From positions 1 to 64,000 of the forward strand of contig CAWGLD010000004.1 in assembly GCA_963823335.1 (NCBI GenBank): a stretch of 64,000 bases of DNA, written 5' to 3'. Origin of the DNA: an uncultured delta proteobacterium (GTDB lineage: Bacteria; Desulfobacterota; Desulfobacteria; Desulfobacterales; B30-G6). Under the pieces are notes generated by a model. That model had not been told where the DNA came from. It did no database searches and saw only the letters and a program-made list of their open reading frames with translations. The position numbers and the translations under genes are program-made. Below are positions 22,081 through 31,784 of this stretch, in pieces. Numbering within the stretch: the first letter of the stretch is position 1; each line of letters opens with the position of its first letter.

Positions 22081-24378
22081 ATGGCAAATAGTGTAGATGC
22101 ATCAACACAGGATGTCCAGAATCTCAAGACCGAAGTGGAATATCGCACCAAACTTCAGGAGATCGGGAACAAGCTGAACTCAGCCATAAATCTGGATGAA
22201 ATCTTCATTGATCTTCAGGACGATGTAACATCACTTTTTGAGGCAAAGCGAATGACGGTGTATGTCGTCGATGGTGTCAAAAGGGAACTTGTATCACGCT
22301 TTAAAACTGGCGATGAGATTTCAGAAATACGTATCCCTGTCTCGAAAAGCAGTATCGCCGGTTACGCTGCTTTTAAACAAAAGGCCGTCAATATTACAAA
22401 CGTCTACGACAACGAGGAAATTGCATCCATTGATCCCGATCTGCAGTTCGACAGCAGCTGGGATCAAAAAACCGGCTTTGTCACCAAGCAGGTCATCGCC
22501 CACCCGATCATTTTTCAAAAATACCTTCTGGGAGCGCTCCAGCTCGTAAACAACAAACAAGACCGCCCCTTTACCACCATCGATGATAAATATCTCGATG
22601 AACTGGCCAAGATTTTTGGTATCGCCCTGTACAACCAGAAACGTATCGCCAAAGGCAAAAACACAAAGTTTGACTATCTGTTGGAAAATCATCTGATCAC
22701 CCAGAAAGAACTCAACAACGCCATTGCGGATTCTCGTAAAGGAAAACGATCCGTCTCCGATGTCCTGATGAAAGACCTCAAGATCAAAAAGGGGGAAATC
22801 GGAAAATCCCTGAGTCGCTATTACAAGACCCCGTTCATCGAGTACAACGCCAGGATTCCTATCCCGGGCGAACTGCTTTCGGGGATCAAAATTCCTTTTA
22901 TGAGAAACAATCATTTCGTTCCAATCCGAATTGAAGAAGGAAAGCTGCTGATAGCCGTCGACAATCCCAATGACCTGCAGAAAATGGATCAAATAAAGGT
23001 CCTGTTTCCCGGGAAACAGATAAAATTCTGCGTTTCCCTCGAGGAAGACATCCTCAGTTTCATCAAGCTCTTTACACAAGATGATAAACAGATGGCCGAG
23101 ATCGATGATATTCTCAGCCAGCTACAGAATGAAGCCGAGGAAATCGAAGAAGCGGAATCCGCCGTTGGAGATGAAGACAGTGCTGTGGTTCAGGTTGTCA
23201 ACAAGATTATTATTGACGCCTACAATCGCGGGGCTTCTGATATTCACATTGAACCGTATCCGGGAAAACAGAATACAGAAGTCCGGATTCGAATCGATGG
23301 CGCCTGCACGCTGTATCAAACGATTCCTTTCAGTTACAAGGCCGCAGTGGTTTCACGTATCAAAATCATGTCCGACCTCGATATTGCTGAACGAAGAAAA
23401 CCCCAGGACGGCAAGATAAAATTCAAGAAATATGGCGGCAAGGATATCGAGCTCCGGGTGGCGACCGTTCCCACCCAGGGTGGTCTCGAAGATATCGTCA
23501 TGCGTATTCTCGCAGCGGGGGAACCGCTCCCATTGAACAAAATGGGGTTTTCAGAAAGCAACTACGATAACTTTATCAGCATCGTGACACAACCGTATGG
23601 CATTATCTTTGTCTGCGGGCCAACTGGTTCCGGAAAGACCACCACGCTGCATTCCGCCCTGGGCTACATCAATAAAACTGAAACCAAAATATGGACAGCC
23701 GAAGACCCGGTGGAAATCACACAGCGCGGTCTTCGACAGGTTCAGGTCAAACCCAAGATCGGTTTCGATTTTGCGGCTGCCATGCGCGCTTTTTTGAGGG
23801 CGGATCCCGATGTCATCATGGTGGGTGAAATGCGGGACAAGGAAACAACCTCCATCGGTATCGAAGCTTCCCTGACAGGCCATCTGGTTTTTTCGACCCT
23901 GCATACCAACAGCGCGCCGGAAAGCATTACAAGATTACTGGATATGGGCATGGATCCCTTTAATTTTGCCGACGCCATTCTCGGCATCATGGCCCAGCGT
24001 CTGGTTCGAACTCTTTGTAAAGAATGCAAAAAGGCTTACAATCCCTCCAAAGAGGAATATGACGAACTGCTTAGGGAATACGGCGAAGAAGAGTTCAACA
24101 AAAACGTCAAGATTCCCTTCTCGGACGATCTTACCCTGTACAAAGTAGAAGGGTGCGAAGCCTGTCACAGTACCGGGTATCGCGGTCGGATGGCACTCCA
24201 TGAGCTGCTCATGGGTACGGATGAAATGAAGAAATTGATTCAATCAAAAGCACAAATGGAAACTATCCGCAAACAAGCGCTTTTAGATGGCATGACCACA
24301 TTGAAACAGGACGGTATTCAAAAAGTGTTTGGCGGGAATGTTGACTTGATGCAAGTAAGAAAGGTTTGTATCAATTAA
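22081..24378 (+). CDS. GspE/PilB-family secretion ATPase with N-terminal GAF domain
   Basis: GAF motifs (SIAGY, NVYD, WDQKTGF, LQLVNNK); ASDIHIEP, PQDGKI, GPTGSGKTTT, EDPVE, DPDVIMVGEMRD, TGHLVFSTLHTN, CxxC...CxxC. Confidence 0.92.
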   Translation: MANSVDASTQDVQNLKTEVEYRTKLQEIGNKLNSAINLDEIFIDLQDDVTSLFEAKRMTVYVVDGVKRELVSRFKTGDEISEIRIPVSKSSIAGYAAFKQKAVNITNVYDNEEIASIDPDLQFDSSWDQKTGFVTKQVIAHPIIFQKYLLGALQLVNNKQDRPFTTIDDKYLDELAKIFGIALYNQKRIAKGKNTKFDYLLENHLITQKELNNAIADSRKGKRSVSDVLMKDLKIKKGEIGKSLSRYYKTPFIEYNARIPIPGELLSGIKIPFMRNNHFVPIRIEEGKLLIAVDNPNDLQKMDQIKVLFPGKQIKFCVSLEEDILSFIKLFTQDDKQMAEIDDILSQLQNEAEEIEEAESAVGDEDSAVVQVVNKIIIDAYNRGASDIHIEPYPGKQNTEVRIRIDGACTLYQTIPFSYKAAVVSRIKIMSDLDIAERRKPQDGKIKFKKYGGKDIELRVATVPTQGGLEDIVMRILAAGEPLPLNKMGFSESNYDNFISIVTQPYGIIFVCGPTGSGKTTTLHSALGYINKTETKIWTAEDPVEITQRGLRQVQVKPKIGFDFAAAMRAFLRADPDVIMVGEMRDKETTSIGIEASLTGHLVFSTLHTNSAPESITRLLDMGMDPFNFADAILGIMAQRLVRTLCKECKKAYNPSKEEYDELLREYGEEEFNKNVKIPFSDDLTLYKVEGCEACHSTGYRGRMALHELLMGTDEMKKLIQSKAQMETIRKQALLDGMTTLKQDGIQKVFGGNVDLMQVRKVCIN

Positions 24379-24381
24379 TAC

Positions 24382-24421
24382 AGGGTTCAAGGGTCCGAGG
24401 GTGATACAAGGGTTCGAGGGT
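24382..24421 (+). repeat. Family D G-rich octamer array, copy 2
   Basis: AGGGTTCAAGGGTCCGAGGGTGATACAAGGGTTCGAGGGT, 4 nt after the stop codon. Confidence 0.8.
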
Positions 24422-24441
24422 GTGTTCTGGGGGAGGGTGAT

Positions 24442-24464
24442 GTAGCGCGGCGCTTTAGCGCTGC
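24442..24464 (+). repeat. GTAG-type REP-like palindrome
   Basis: GTAGC-GCGGCGCT-TT-AGCGCTGC; same layout as 53721. Confidence 0.55.
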
Positions 24465-24478
24465 ATTACTCGTTTTCA

Positions 24479-24517
24479 TTCGATGTTGGATGTTCAGCGT
24501 TCGATGTTGGACGTTCA
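24479..24517 (+). repeat. Heptamer tandem array (TTCGATG/TTGGATG) x about 5.5
   Basis: ttcgatg ttggatg ttcagcg ttcgatg ttggacg ttca. Confidence 0.8.
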
Positions 24518-24578
24518 TCTTCATGATATCATGACAGAAGGCCCTGTCTTCTTTCTCGGACTGATTCCGCCAGAAAAA

Positions 24579-26420
24579 TTATCTCTGCCCATCCCCAACC
24601 GCCAGCGCCTCCTCGAATCTCGCTATCTGCTCCTGGTAATAGACCCGGTCCTTTTTTGCAATCGCCAGGGCTTCCTTCTCTATTGCCAGGGCGGCCTCAG
24701 TCTCACCATTGATAAAATAGCTTTCGGCAAGTGTGTCCAGAACATGGGCTTCCCTTTCAAGGCCAACGGCTCTTTTGGCCAGGGTAAGTGCTCTTTCCGG
24801 ATTGCGAAAGTTTTTATCTTCACATGTGGCGTAAAGCCATGCCAGATTATTGAGTGCTCTTGAATGCTGCCCGGCCAGTTCAATGGCTTTTTCGTATTGG
24901 AATGCCGCATCACCATAGTTGTTTCTGCTGAAATAAAGATCTCCCATCAGGGTATACAGATCCGCATTGTCAGGCGTTTTTGCAAGCTCCTTTCCAATAA
25001 CCTTTTCAAAATAATGGGTATTGAGTACCGCTCCGGCTTCACCGTAATTGAGTTGATACCCAACACCGCCTATCAGAACGAGCCCCACCAGATATACCCC
25101 GATGAACTTGCGCACTTTGCTGTCATGCCTGCCGACATGGGTTCGATTTTTCTCACATTTTTGTAAAAACTCGATCCGTTCGGCAATGCTGAAATGATGC
25201 CAATTGGGTTTGTCGGGTGATTGCCTGCCGGCTATGGATATCTTTTTCAGGGTACTGATAAGGGGTACGGCGGTGTCGAATATCGTGTACACATACGCAT
25301 CGGCCTGGCGTTCAAAATTGCGCATGAAAAAACCAAAAATAAAACGAAAATAAGTTAGAAAGGTCGCAATAATGACCAGACTGAAGAGAATAGATGTGAC
25401 CGTGACCGGGTTGAAACCCATGCGGTTAAAAGCCCTGACAAGAGGGTCGACGTAAATCATGGCATAGACAATCAAATCCAGAAACGAGAATGAAATGATC
25501 ATGTAGCCCACGAAAAAGAAGAGGTAAAACAACAGATGGCGCTTTTTTACGTGTCCTATTTCATGGGCGATAACGGCGTCCACTTCCTGTGGATCCAGGA
25601 AATTCAGCAGAGCACGCGTCACCAGAATATAGCGGAACCTCTTTAACAGTCCCATGACACCGGCCGTGATGATCCTGCCTTCAAAAATCGGCCAGTTGAG
25701 TATATCCCGGTATCCCAGATTAACAGATTGGCAGAGTTTTTCGATGCGGGTGCGGTGCTCCCCCTGTGCCAGGGGCCCGCAACCCCAGAACTTTTGGATC
25801 AACAGGGGACCCATCATGGCAACGATGACCAGAAAGACCATAAAATATAAGATTTCACCCTCCGGGGTGGAGAGAAAACGTGTGAAAACTCCCATGGGCA
25901 GGATATGAATAATATCGGAGAAGCCTGAAATAAAGACCCAGGGGAGTAGTACCGGCATGGAAAAAGAAATATTGGATGTCACATAAGCCCGCCTGCCGAT
26001 CCTGGCATGATACAGCATTTGATAGGATCGGTGAGCACATGCCCAGAGAACGGACAGGTAGGCAATAAACAGCAGTATGAACAGGATTGCCTGCAATGTT
26101 GGAAAAAGAACAAAAAGACGGAAGTTCGATACAAAGGATGAGATATTCAGCCCGTATATATCCACGGCAAAGATGAGAATGGCCAAAATTGAGTGCCGGG
26201 TGAGCAGCGATGTGAACCGGGAGTCAATCTCCGCATCACCACGGGGTGTTATCCTTCGGTTCAAACGCTGGAATTGTCGCCATGTATATACCGTGTAGAC
26301 AAACAGCAAAAATAGAAATAAAAAAAGACTCTGGAGTGCCGTAAAGTTGGTTGTGTCGGATGGCTGATAGGTGGAGTAGACCAGCAGGGCGATAATAAAA
26401 TAGAAAAAATTAGCAAACAT
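24579..26420 (-). CDS. M48-family (HtpX/Ste24-like) membrane zinc metalloprotease with C-terminal TPR
   Basis: AHEIGH HExxH, ERQAD, WHHFSIAERI, ALNNLAW...DTLAE. Confidence 0.9.
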   Translation of the reverse strand: MFANFFYFIIALLVYSTYQPSDTTNFTALQSLFLFLFLLFVYTVYTWRQFQRLNRRITPRGDAEIDSRFTSLLTRHSILAILIFAVDIYGLNISSFVSNFRLFVLFPTLQAILFILLFIAYLSVLWACAHRSYQMLYHARIGRRAYVTSNISFSMPVLLPWVFISGFSDIIHILPMGVFTRFLSTPEGEILYFMVFLVIVAMMGPLLIQKFWGCGPLAQGEHRTRIEKLCQSVNLGYRDILNWPIFEGRIITAGVMGLLKRFRYILVTRALLNFLDPQEVDAVIAHEIGHVKKRHLLFYLFFFVGYMIISFSFLDLIVYAMIYVDPLVRAFNRMGFNPVTVTSILFSLVIIATFLTYFRFIFGFFMRNFERQADAYVYTIFDTAVPLISTLKKISIAGRQSPDKPNWHHFSIAERIEFLQKCEKNRTHVGRHDSKVRKFIGVYLVGLVLIGGVGYQLNYGEAGAVLNTHYFEKVIGKELAKTPDNADLYTLMGDLYFSRNNYGDAAFQYEKAIELAGQHSRALNNLAWLYATCEDKNFRNPERALTLAKRAVGLEREAHVLDTLAESYFINGETEAALAIEKEALAIAKKDRVYYQEQIARFEEALAVGDGQR

Positions 26421-26506
26421 GGGAGCCTTTGGTTTAACCCGAACATTTCATGAAACTTGACGATGAATTCTAAATTTGAATTTGCATCATTAGGTTTCAT
26501 TATGCA

Positions 26507-26650
26507 AGAAGCCATTTCAAAAATAGGATTTTGGTTTTAGATCAAGGCGAGATTGAGTTTCAACCCGGAGGAATACTATAGTATTTCGAGGAGTTGGAAG
26601 TTAATCTCAACGCAGAGATTGGGCCAAAAGACAGTTTTGAAAAGGCTTCT
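26507..26650. mobile_element. MITE-like element (about 144 bp) with about 16-bp terminal inverted repeats
   Basis: AGAAGCCATTTCAAAA ... TTTTGAAAAGGCTTCT (15/16); inner palindrome GAATACTATAGTATTT; abuts the queH stop. Confidence 0.65.
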
Positions 26651-27176
26651 ATTTGTAGTATCTCTCTTTCTCACTATATATACACCCGCAGTAAGACTGT
26701 CGATACATCTTGAGCGCTTTTGAAGTTTCAATACCTTCTTTCCAGCCGGTCCGGAAGTCCTGATAGTAAAACGGTATGCCCATGGCTTTGCCCACGGATT
26801 CACCGATGGATTTGATCTCCTCGTGTTTCTGGTATTTACTGTACAACAGGCTGCTGGTAAAATAGTCGAATTTGCCGTGTATTGCCATACGGGCCGTGGA
26901 ACTGAGGCGATCATGGTAGCAGTAGGTACAGCGGTCTTTCTCCCTAAAGGCAACATTTCGAAGAAATTTTTCCATCTCGTATCCTTCCGAATAGATAACA
27001 CGCAGCCCAATGGAATCCGCGTATGTCTCAAGGGTCTTTCTTCGTTTCAAACACTCCGTATAGGGATGGATATTGTGGCCGTAAAAATATCCCATCACGT
27101 CAAAATCTGCCTGTTGTAACAGCCCGATGGGGACAATGGCACAGGGTGCGCAGCAGGTGTGCAATAATATTTTCAT
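26649..27176 (-). CDS. queH: Epoxyqueuosine reductase QueH
   Basis: LLHTCCAPC, NIHP..E, RCTYCY, YRQSYCGCIYS. Confidence 0.93.
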   Translation of the reverse strand: MKILLHTCCAPCAIVPIGLLQQADFDVMGYFYGHNIHPYTECLKRRKTLETYADSIGLRVIYSEGYEMEKFLRNVAFREKDRCTYCYHDRLSSTARMAIHGKFDYFTSSLLYSKYQKHEEIKSIGESVGKAMGIPFYYQDFRTGWKEGIETSKALKMYRQSYCGCIYSEKERYYK

Positions 27177-27856
27177 GCGCGTTCTCCAAAAATGGCTGTC
27201 CCGATACGAACAAAGGTGGCACCTTCCTGAATGGCCACCTCAAAATCGCCGGTCATTCCCATGGAAAGCTCGTCCATTGCAACACCTGGGATCTTCATGG
27301 CACGAAGTTGATCCCCTAGTTGTCTCAAGGTCTTGAAATAGGGTCGCGCCTTTTCCGGAGCGTTAAAATAGGGCGGCATGGTCATGAGGCCCTTGACTTG
27401 AAGATGGGGTAGTTGACTCATCTCGGTCACGAGCCGGGCCGTGTCCTCCAAGAGAACACCGGACTTGCTGGTTTCTTCTGCGATGTTGACCTGAACCAGC
27501 ACGTTCTGTATTTTGCCGATCTTCCCGGCCTGTTTGTCTATTTCTATTGAAAGTTTCAGGGAATCGACGGAATGGATCAGATCGAATATTTTTACCACGT
27601 ATCTGGCTTTGTTTGACTGAAGGTGCCCGATAAAATGCCAGGAAAGAGGATGCGCATAGAGGGCATTGAATTTATCCCGGGCTTCTTGAACATAGCTTTC
27701 ACCCAACACAGTTAGGCCCAGTTCGATGGCTGTCAGAAGCCTTTCAACGGGTACGGTTTTAGTCACGGCAACCAGTTGGACATCCTCGGGCCGTCGCCCG
27801 GAATCTGCAGCTGCTGTCGCGATTCTACGCCTTACCATTGATAATCGGTCTTTCAA
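27173..27856 (-). CDS. yggS: PLP homeostasis protein (YggS/PROSC)
   Basis: LVAVTK, WHFIGHLQSNK, GLMTMPP, LSMGMTGDF, VRIGTAIFGER. Confidence 0.96.
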   Translation of the reverse strand: MKDRLSMVRRRIATAAADSGRRPEDVQLVAVTKTVPVERLLTAIELGLTVLGESYVQEARDKFNALYAHPLSWHFIGHLQSNKARYVVKIFDLIHSVDSLKLSIEIDKQAGKIGKIQNVLVQVNIAEETSKSGVLLEDTARLVTEMSQLPHLQVKGLMTMPPYFNAPEKARPYFKTLRQLGDQLRAMKIPGVAMDELSMGMTGDFEVAIQEGATFVRIGTAIFGERA

Positions 27857-28449
27857 TATATCTCCCTTTCTATGATGCCGTTTTTCAAAAGATGCTCAAG
27901 CACCTCACAGACCGGCAGCCCAACGACATTGGTATACGACCCGCAAATCCGCTTGACCAGAAACGAACCCAGCCCCTGAATGGCATATGCGCCGGCTTTG
28001 TCATAGGGCTCTTGGGTCTGAATGTACCATTCGATGTCCGCTTGACTGAGATTCCTGAAATGAACATCTGTTTTTTCAACACCGGAGATACAGGTTTGCG
28101 TGGCTTCACAAAAAATGGCATACCCGCTAAAAACTTCATGGATCTGTCCATTCAATTGCTGAATCATCCGCCGGGCTGTTTCAATGGAATCCGGTTTACC
28201 TAGAATCTCGCCCTGAATGAGAACAATGGTGTCGGCACCGATGACCCAGCTTTCAGGGTAAGCAGCGGCAACGTCCCTGGCCTTGGCCTCCGCCAGAGTC
28301 TTAACAAGCTTTTCAGGTGTCCTGATATCGATACCGTTCTCATCCACGCAACTTGGAATGACCGCAAAAGTGAGACCCGCCTGCTCCAGAAGATCTTTGC
28401 GCCTGGGAGATTTGGATGCCAGAATGAGAGGAGGGGATTTCGTTTTCAT
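27853..28449 (-). CDS. maf: Maf-family nucleotide pyrophosphatase
   Basis: LILASKSPRR, GADTIV, LGKP, DKAGAYAIQG, NVVGLP. Confidence 0.95.
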   Translation of the reverse strand: MKTKSPPLILASKSPRRKDLLEQAGLTFAVIPSCVDENGIDIRTPEKLVKTLAEAKARDVAAAYPESWVIGADTIVLIQGEILGKPDSIETARRMIQQLNGQIHEVFSGYAIFCEATQTCISGVEKTDVHFRNLSQADIEWYIQTQEPYDKAGAYAIQGLGSFLVKRICGSYTNVVGLPVCEVLEHLLKNGIIEREIY

Positions 28450-28679
28450 ATGGGTTGATGCCCTTGATCCCAAAAACGACAACGTCGCGTCATATAAATT
28501 TATAAAACAAATTTATTATCAGATGCTCTTCCGCTTAGCAAGCATCGATACATGGTTCTGGCCGGCAATACAAACCGGTATAAAAATCTGATTGACTTTG
28601 TGCTGACCTTCAGAAAACCCAAACATCTTGGCTTGACAATGGTTTCGTTAATCGATACATCTCAATCCATCCAAAATAC

Positions 28680-28768
28680 GCCTGGGTGGCGGAATAGGTA
28701 GACGCAAGGGACTTAAAATCCCTCGGCCCTTAGTGGCTGTACGAGTTCAATTCTCGTCCCGGGCACCA
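28680..28768 (+). tRNA. tRNA-Leu(UAA)
   Basis: GCCTGGGTGGCGGAATAGGTAGACGCA-AGGGA-CTTAAAA-TCCCT, long variable arm, ACGAGTTCAATTCTCGT, CCCGGGCACCA; TTGACA at 28633 upstream. Confidence 0.97.
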
Positions 28769-28776
28769 TGATATCA

Positions 28777-28810
28777 AGGGGTTAGCCGACATGCTGGCCC
28801 TTTTTTCTTT
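28777..28810 (+). terminator. Probable intrinsic terminator after tRNA-Leu
   Basis: AAGGGGTTAGC-CGACAT-GCTGGCCCTT hairpin followed by a T-tract. Confidence 0.6.
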
Positions 28811-29032
28811 AGGTGTTGACTTGAATTTACACAATCGTATTTGTCCAGATTGTCCCACCGATGAACAGTTGTATCACCCAAAAGTGTTTGCACTGACATA
28901 ATTCAAACCGTAGGTTTAATGATAAAAACTGACCTTGCGCGGCAAGCTTCAAATCTTTAGTTTGCCACAATTCTTTAGCGATAACGTAATATTACTCTGG
29001 CCTGATTATGCTTTCCATAAATATTCCGGTAG

Positions 29033-29116
29033 CCGGTGTGCGAAAATAATCACAACTGGTCAAAGCTTGTATTCATAGGCCCCTCCGTGGTACGCTGGGC
29101 ATGACCAGATGGTATC
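29033..29116 (+). repeat. Duplicated motif of about 85 bp, copy 1 (copy 2 at 31999-32082)
   Basis: Shared blocks CCGGTGTGCGAAAATAATCA, TTGTATT and TACGYTGGGCATGACCAGATGGTATC at equal spacing. Confidence 0.8.
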
Positions 29117-29221
29117 AGCTTGATAAATGGGCATCTCCATTTATCACCACTTGGCATAATCTTGTAATACTGGCAAGTAATCTCAGGTTTGATAATCTAT
29201 TTTGTATCGTAGGATCTGTTT

Positions 29222-29659
29222 ATGAAAATTACCTATATATTTTTTGGATCTGTTTATGGGATTTTTATCTTATTTGTCAGTATTGGCAGTGCAGCCAATT
29301 ACACATTTACCTGTGACAAACCCCATCGAAATGACAATGTAATTGGATACAAGGTCTATTACAGGTTGAATTCCGGTACATACGATGGAGAATTTGAGCG
29401 GTGTCAAACTACCGATCCGAAATTTGATCGTGTTAAACATACTGGAAAATCGATTTGCCGGATGTTGCTGAAGAATACTGTTTTGCCGCTACAGCTTGGG
29501 AGCTGATGATTTCGAAAGCAATCCTTCCTAATGAAATTGGCTACGGTACGACCTGCGGTCAAATAAATTACGTAACAATCGGTGGAGCATGGTGGTGGCG
29601 ATGGAGGCGGCGGCGGTGGTGGTGGTGGATGTTTTATTGGGGCGATGGAAGTGGAATGA
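29222..29659 (+). pseudogene. Frameshifted paralog of the downstream FN3-like / CFI-box exported protein
   Basis: Pieces in different frames align to 29672-30112: signal peptide, NDNVIGYKVYYR, LPDVAEEYCFAATA, NEIGYGTTCGQI, then GGGDGGGGGGGGGCFIGAMEVE*. Confidence 0.75.
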
Positions 29660-29671
29660 TAAAGGACGATT

Positions 29672-30112
29672 ATGAAAATTGCCTTTATGTTTATTGTATC
29701 CGTTCTGGGATTATGTATCTTTTCCGTCAATGTAGGTCGTACAGGCGAATACCACTTTGTCTGGGATCCACACCCCAATGACCAGGTTGTTGAATTTAGG
29801 ATCTATTACAGGATTAATTCCAGTCTTTACAATAAGACAGATTTTGAACCGGTGCAAATTAGCAATCCGAAATATAATCCAACCAAGCCAGACTGGATAT
29901 TAGTATTGCCGGATGTTACTGAAGAATACTGTTTTACCGTTACAGCGGTCGACGATAATGGTTATGAAAGTCATCATTCCAATGAAATAGGCATGGGCAC
30001 GACATGCGGTCAAATAGTTAATGATGGCAGTGTAAATGATGGTAGGAGCGGAGGTGGCAGATGTTTTATTTTACAGGGCATTCTACATGACAAACGATGG
30101 GATTCTTATTAA
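29672..30112 (+). CDS. Small exported FN3-like protein with Gly-rich CFI-box-like C-terminus
   Basis: Signal peptide; FN3-like pattern WDP...FRIYY...YCFTVTAVDDNGYES..SNEI; C-terminal GGGRCFI. Confidence 0.7.
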   Translation: MKIAFMFIVSVLGLCIFSVNVGRTGEYHFVWDPHPNDQVVEFRIYYRINSSLYNKTDFEPVQISNPKYNPTKPDWILVLPDVTEEYCFTVTAVDDNGYESHHSNEIGMGTTCGQIVNDGSVNDGRSGGGRCFILQGILHDKRWDSY

Positions 30113-30578
30113 ATCTTTTGTTTTCGGTCCTGCCTTGGAATCCGATTACGGGTCAAGTTTAGAAATACTCTACAAAATACTTAAGGGAAAATACCCGATG
30201 GTGCCAAAACTTGGTTTCGAGATTGTAGACGTCAGGGATGTTGCCGCTCTACACCGCTTGGCATACGAATCTCCCGATGCTATAGGAAGACGCTTTCTCT
30301 GTTCAAGTGGGTTTCGGTGGTTGAAGGACATGTCTATATTTATTCGTGAAAAATTTCCTGAACATCGGGAAAAGATATCTGTCAGGGAAATGCCGAATTT
30401 ACTTTTCAAAATCATTTCATTTTTCGATGGTAGTGCTGCCAGGTTTGTACCCTATTTGGAAATTAAAAGAGAGATGGATATCAGCCCTGCACGGGAGGTG
30501 CTTGGATGGAATCCCAGGTCGCCAGAAGAATCTATTAAATCAGGTGCTCGTAGCCTTATTGATTTTGGGATTGTATAG
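30110..30578 (+). pseudogene. C-terminal fragment of an extended SDR (dihydroflavonol/aldehyde reductase-like)
   Basis: VFGP, VDVRDVAALHRLA, GRRFLCS, AREVLGWNPRS are present; the N-terminal Rossmann GxxGxxG region is absent. Confidence 0.75.
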
Positions 30579-30654
30579 GCAAAATATAATTTAGATTTCC
30601 AAAATGGGAAGGATCCAAAACAATACTATCTATAGCTTTAACCGGGAGGAAAGT

Positions 30655-31191
30655 ATGACATCACTCACAGACCGAATGATTCGGGCAGCAAAACTGGATA
30701 CAAGCCTTTATGAAGAGGTCGAAGCGGATAAAGAGGCCATGGGACAAGCCATGACAGTTGTTATTCTTTCCAGTGCTGCAGCAGGAATCGGAACTATCGG
30801 TGCAGCAGGGCTGAAGGGTCTTATTTTCGGAACCATAGCTGCTCTTGCAGGCTGGTTTATCTGGGCGTATTTGACATATGCTATTGGGACAAAGTTATTA
30901 GCTGAGCCACAAACAAAAGCAGACTATGGGGAATTACTGCGTACTATCGGTTTCTCCAGCTCTCCTGGAGTGCTTCGTATTTTTAGTATCATTCCCATGC
31001 TTGGGAACATCCTAAATTTGATTTGCGGTATCTGGATGCTGGTAGCGATGGTCATTGCCGTAAGACAAGCACTTGACTATAAAAGTACTTGGCGGTCAGT
31101 TGCTGTTTGCCTTATTGGTTTTATTGTTCAACTAATTGTTTTTGGTTTGTTTTTTCGGTTGGTAGGGGGATTCGGACCTTCACAACCATAG
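30655..31191 (+). CDS. YIP1-family membrane protein
   Basis: RMIRAAKLD..LYEEVEAD, about 5 TM helices, AVRQALD; GGGAGGA RBS. Confidence 0.8.
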   Translation: MTSLTDRMIRAAKLDTSLYEEVEADKEAMGQAMTVVILSSAAAGIGTIGAAGLKGLIFGTIAALAGWFIWAYLTYAIGTKLLAEPQTKADYGELLRTIGFSSSPGVLRIFSIIPMLGNILNLICGIWMLVAMVIAVRQALDYKSTWRSVAVCLIGFIVQLIVFGLFFRLVGGFGPSQP

Positions 31192-31249
31192 TTTATATTT
31201 TAGGCTTTTCTCCCGATTTGTTGTAGAAATGCTGTTGGTGGAAGCCTTG

Positions 31250-31283
31250 TCGAAATCGGGATCGCTATCGGGATCGGGATCGA
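31250..31283 (+). repeat. Left arm of a 34-bp inverted repeat built from ATCGGG hexamers
   Basis: TCGAAATCGGGATCGCTATCGGGATCGGGATCGA; 30/34 identical to the reverse complement of 31785-31818. Confidence 0.92.
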
Positions 31284-31284
31284 G

Positions 31285-31680
31285 ATGGTATTAGGTCATG
31301 AAAAATTAGACGTTTACCGCCTTTCAATCGGCTATGTCGCATGGGTTTATGAAAAGTGTGCCAGGCTGAGAGGCGTCCATCGTTCAGCAAGAGACCAGTG
31401 GCTTCGAGCCAGCCAGTCGATTGCGCTTAATATTGCAGAAGGCAACGGTAAGACAGCGAAGGCTGATCGGCGGCGATATTTCGAAATAGCGCGTGGGTCG
31501 GCATTGGAGTGTGCCGCAATCCAAGATGTCTTGGTAGTCGGAAAAGGTTTGGATAAAGTAGAAAGCCGGCAGCGCAAAGGTGAATTGGACCGCATTGCTG
31601 CAATGCTTAGTCGATTGGGCGGCAGGGGTTATAGCGTAAAGGAAGGGTTCGGGGAATACGGCTATACTGAACGGCAATAG
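31285..31680 (+). CDS. Four-helix-bundle protein (23S rRNA IVS-protein / bAvd-like family)
   Basis: HEKLDVY, DQWLRASQSIALNIAEGNGK, RYFEIARGSALECAA, AMLSRL. Confidence 0.92.
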   Translation: MVLGHEKLDVYRLSIGYVAWVYEKCARLRGVHRSARDQWLRASQSIALNIAEGNGKTAKADRRRYFEIARGSALECAAIQDVLVVGKGLDKVESRQRKGELDRIAAMLSRLGGRGYSVKEGFGEYGYTERQ

Positions 31681-31783
31681 CGAGCGCATTCCCCGTAGCT
31701 TGCTGCGGGGTTAGCGAGCGAATCAAATAGATAAAATCCTTACCGCGAAGATTCCCTGCAGCTTGCTGCAGGGTACTCTTCAA
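31667..31783 (-). mobile_element. Family B palindromic miniature element inserted in the 3' end of the four-helix-bundle gene
   Basis: Reverse complement reads TTGAAG..CCCTGCAGCAAGCTGCAGGG..GATTCGCTCGCTAACCCCGCAGCAAGCTACGGGGAATGCGCTCGCTATTGCCGTTCAG, matching 32293-32435. Confidence 0.85.
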
Positions 31784-31784
31784 T

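Noticed and set aside
24483-24863. 126-aa ORF on the + strand
   Set aside because: It starts in a heptamer array and is antisense to the M48 peptidase.
28680-28768. Intact integrative element at tRNA-Leu
   Set aside because: I found by eye no integrase and no duplicate of the tRNA 3' end within the window.
28998-29012. Sigma-54 promoter TGGCCTGATTATGCT
   Set aside because: GG-GC spacing is 9 nt rather than the required 10.
29404-29781. Poly-Pro and Trp/Arg-rich ORFs
   Set aside because: They are alternative frames of the poly-Gly linker in the frameshifted CFI-box gene.
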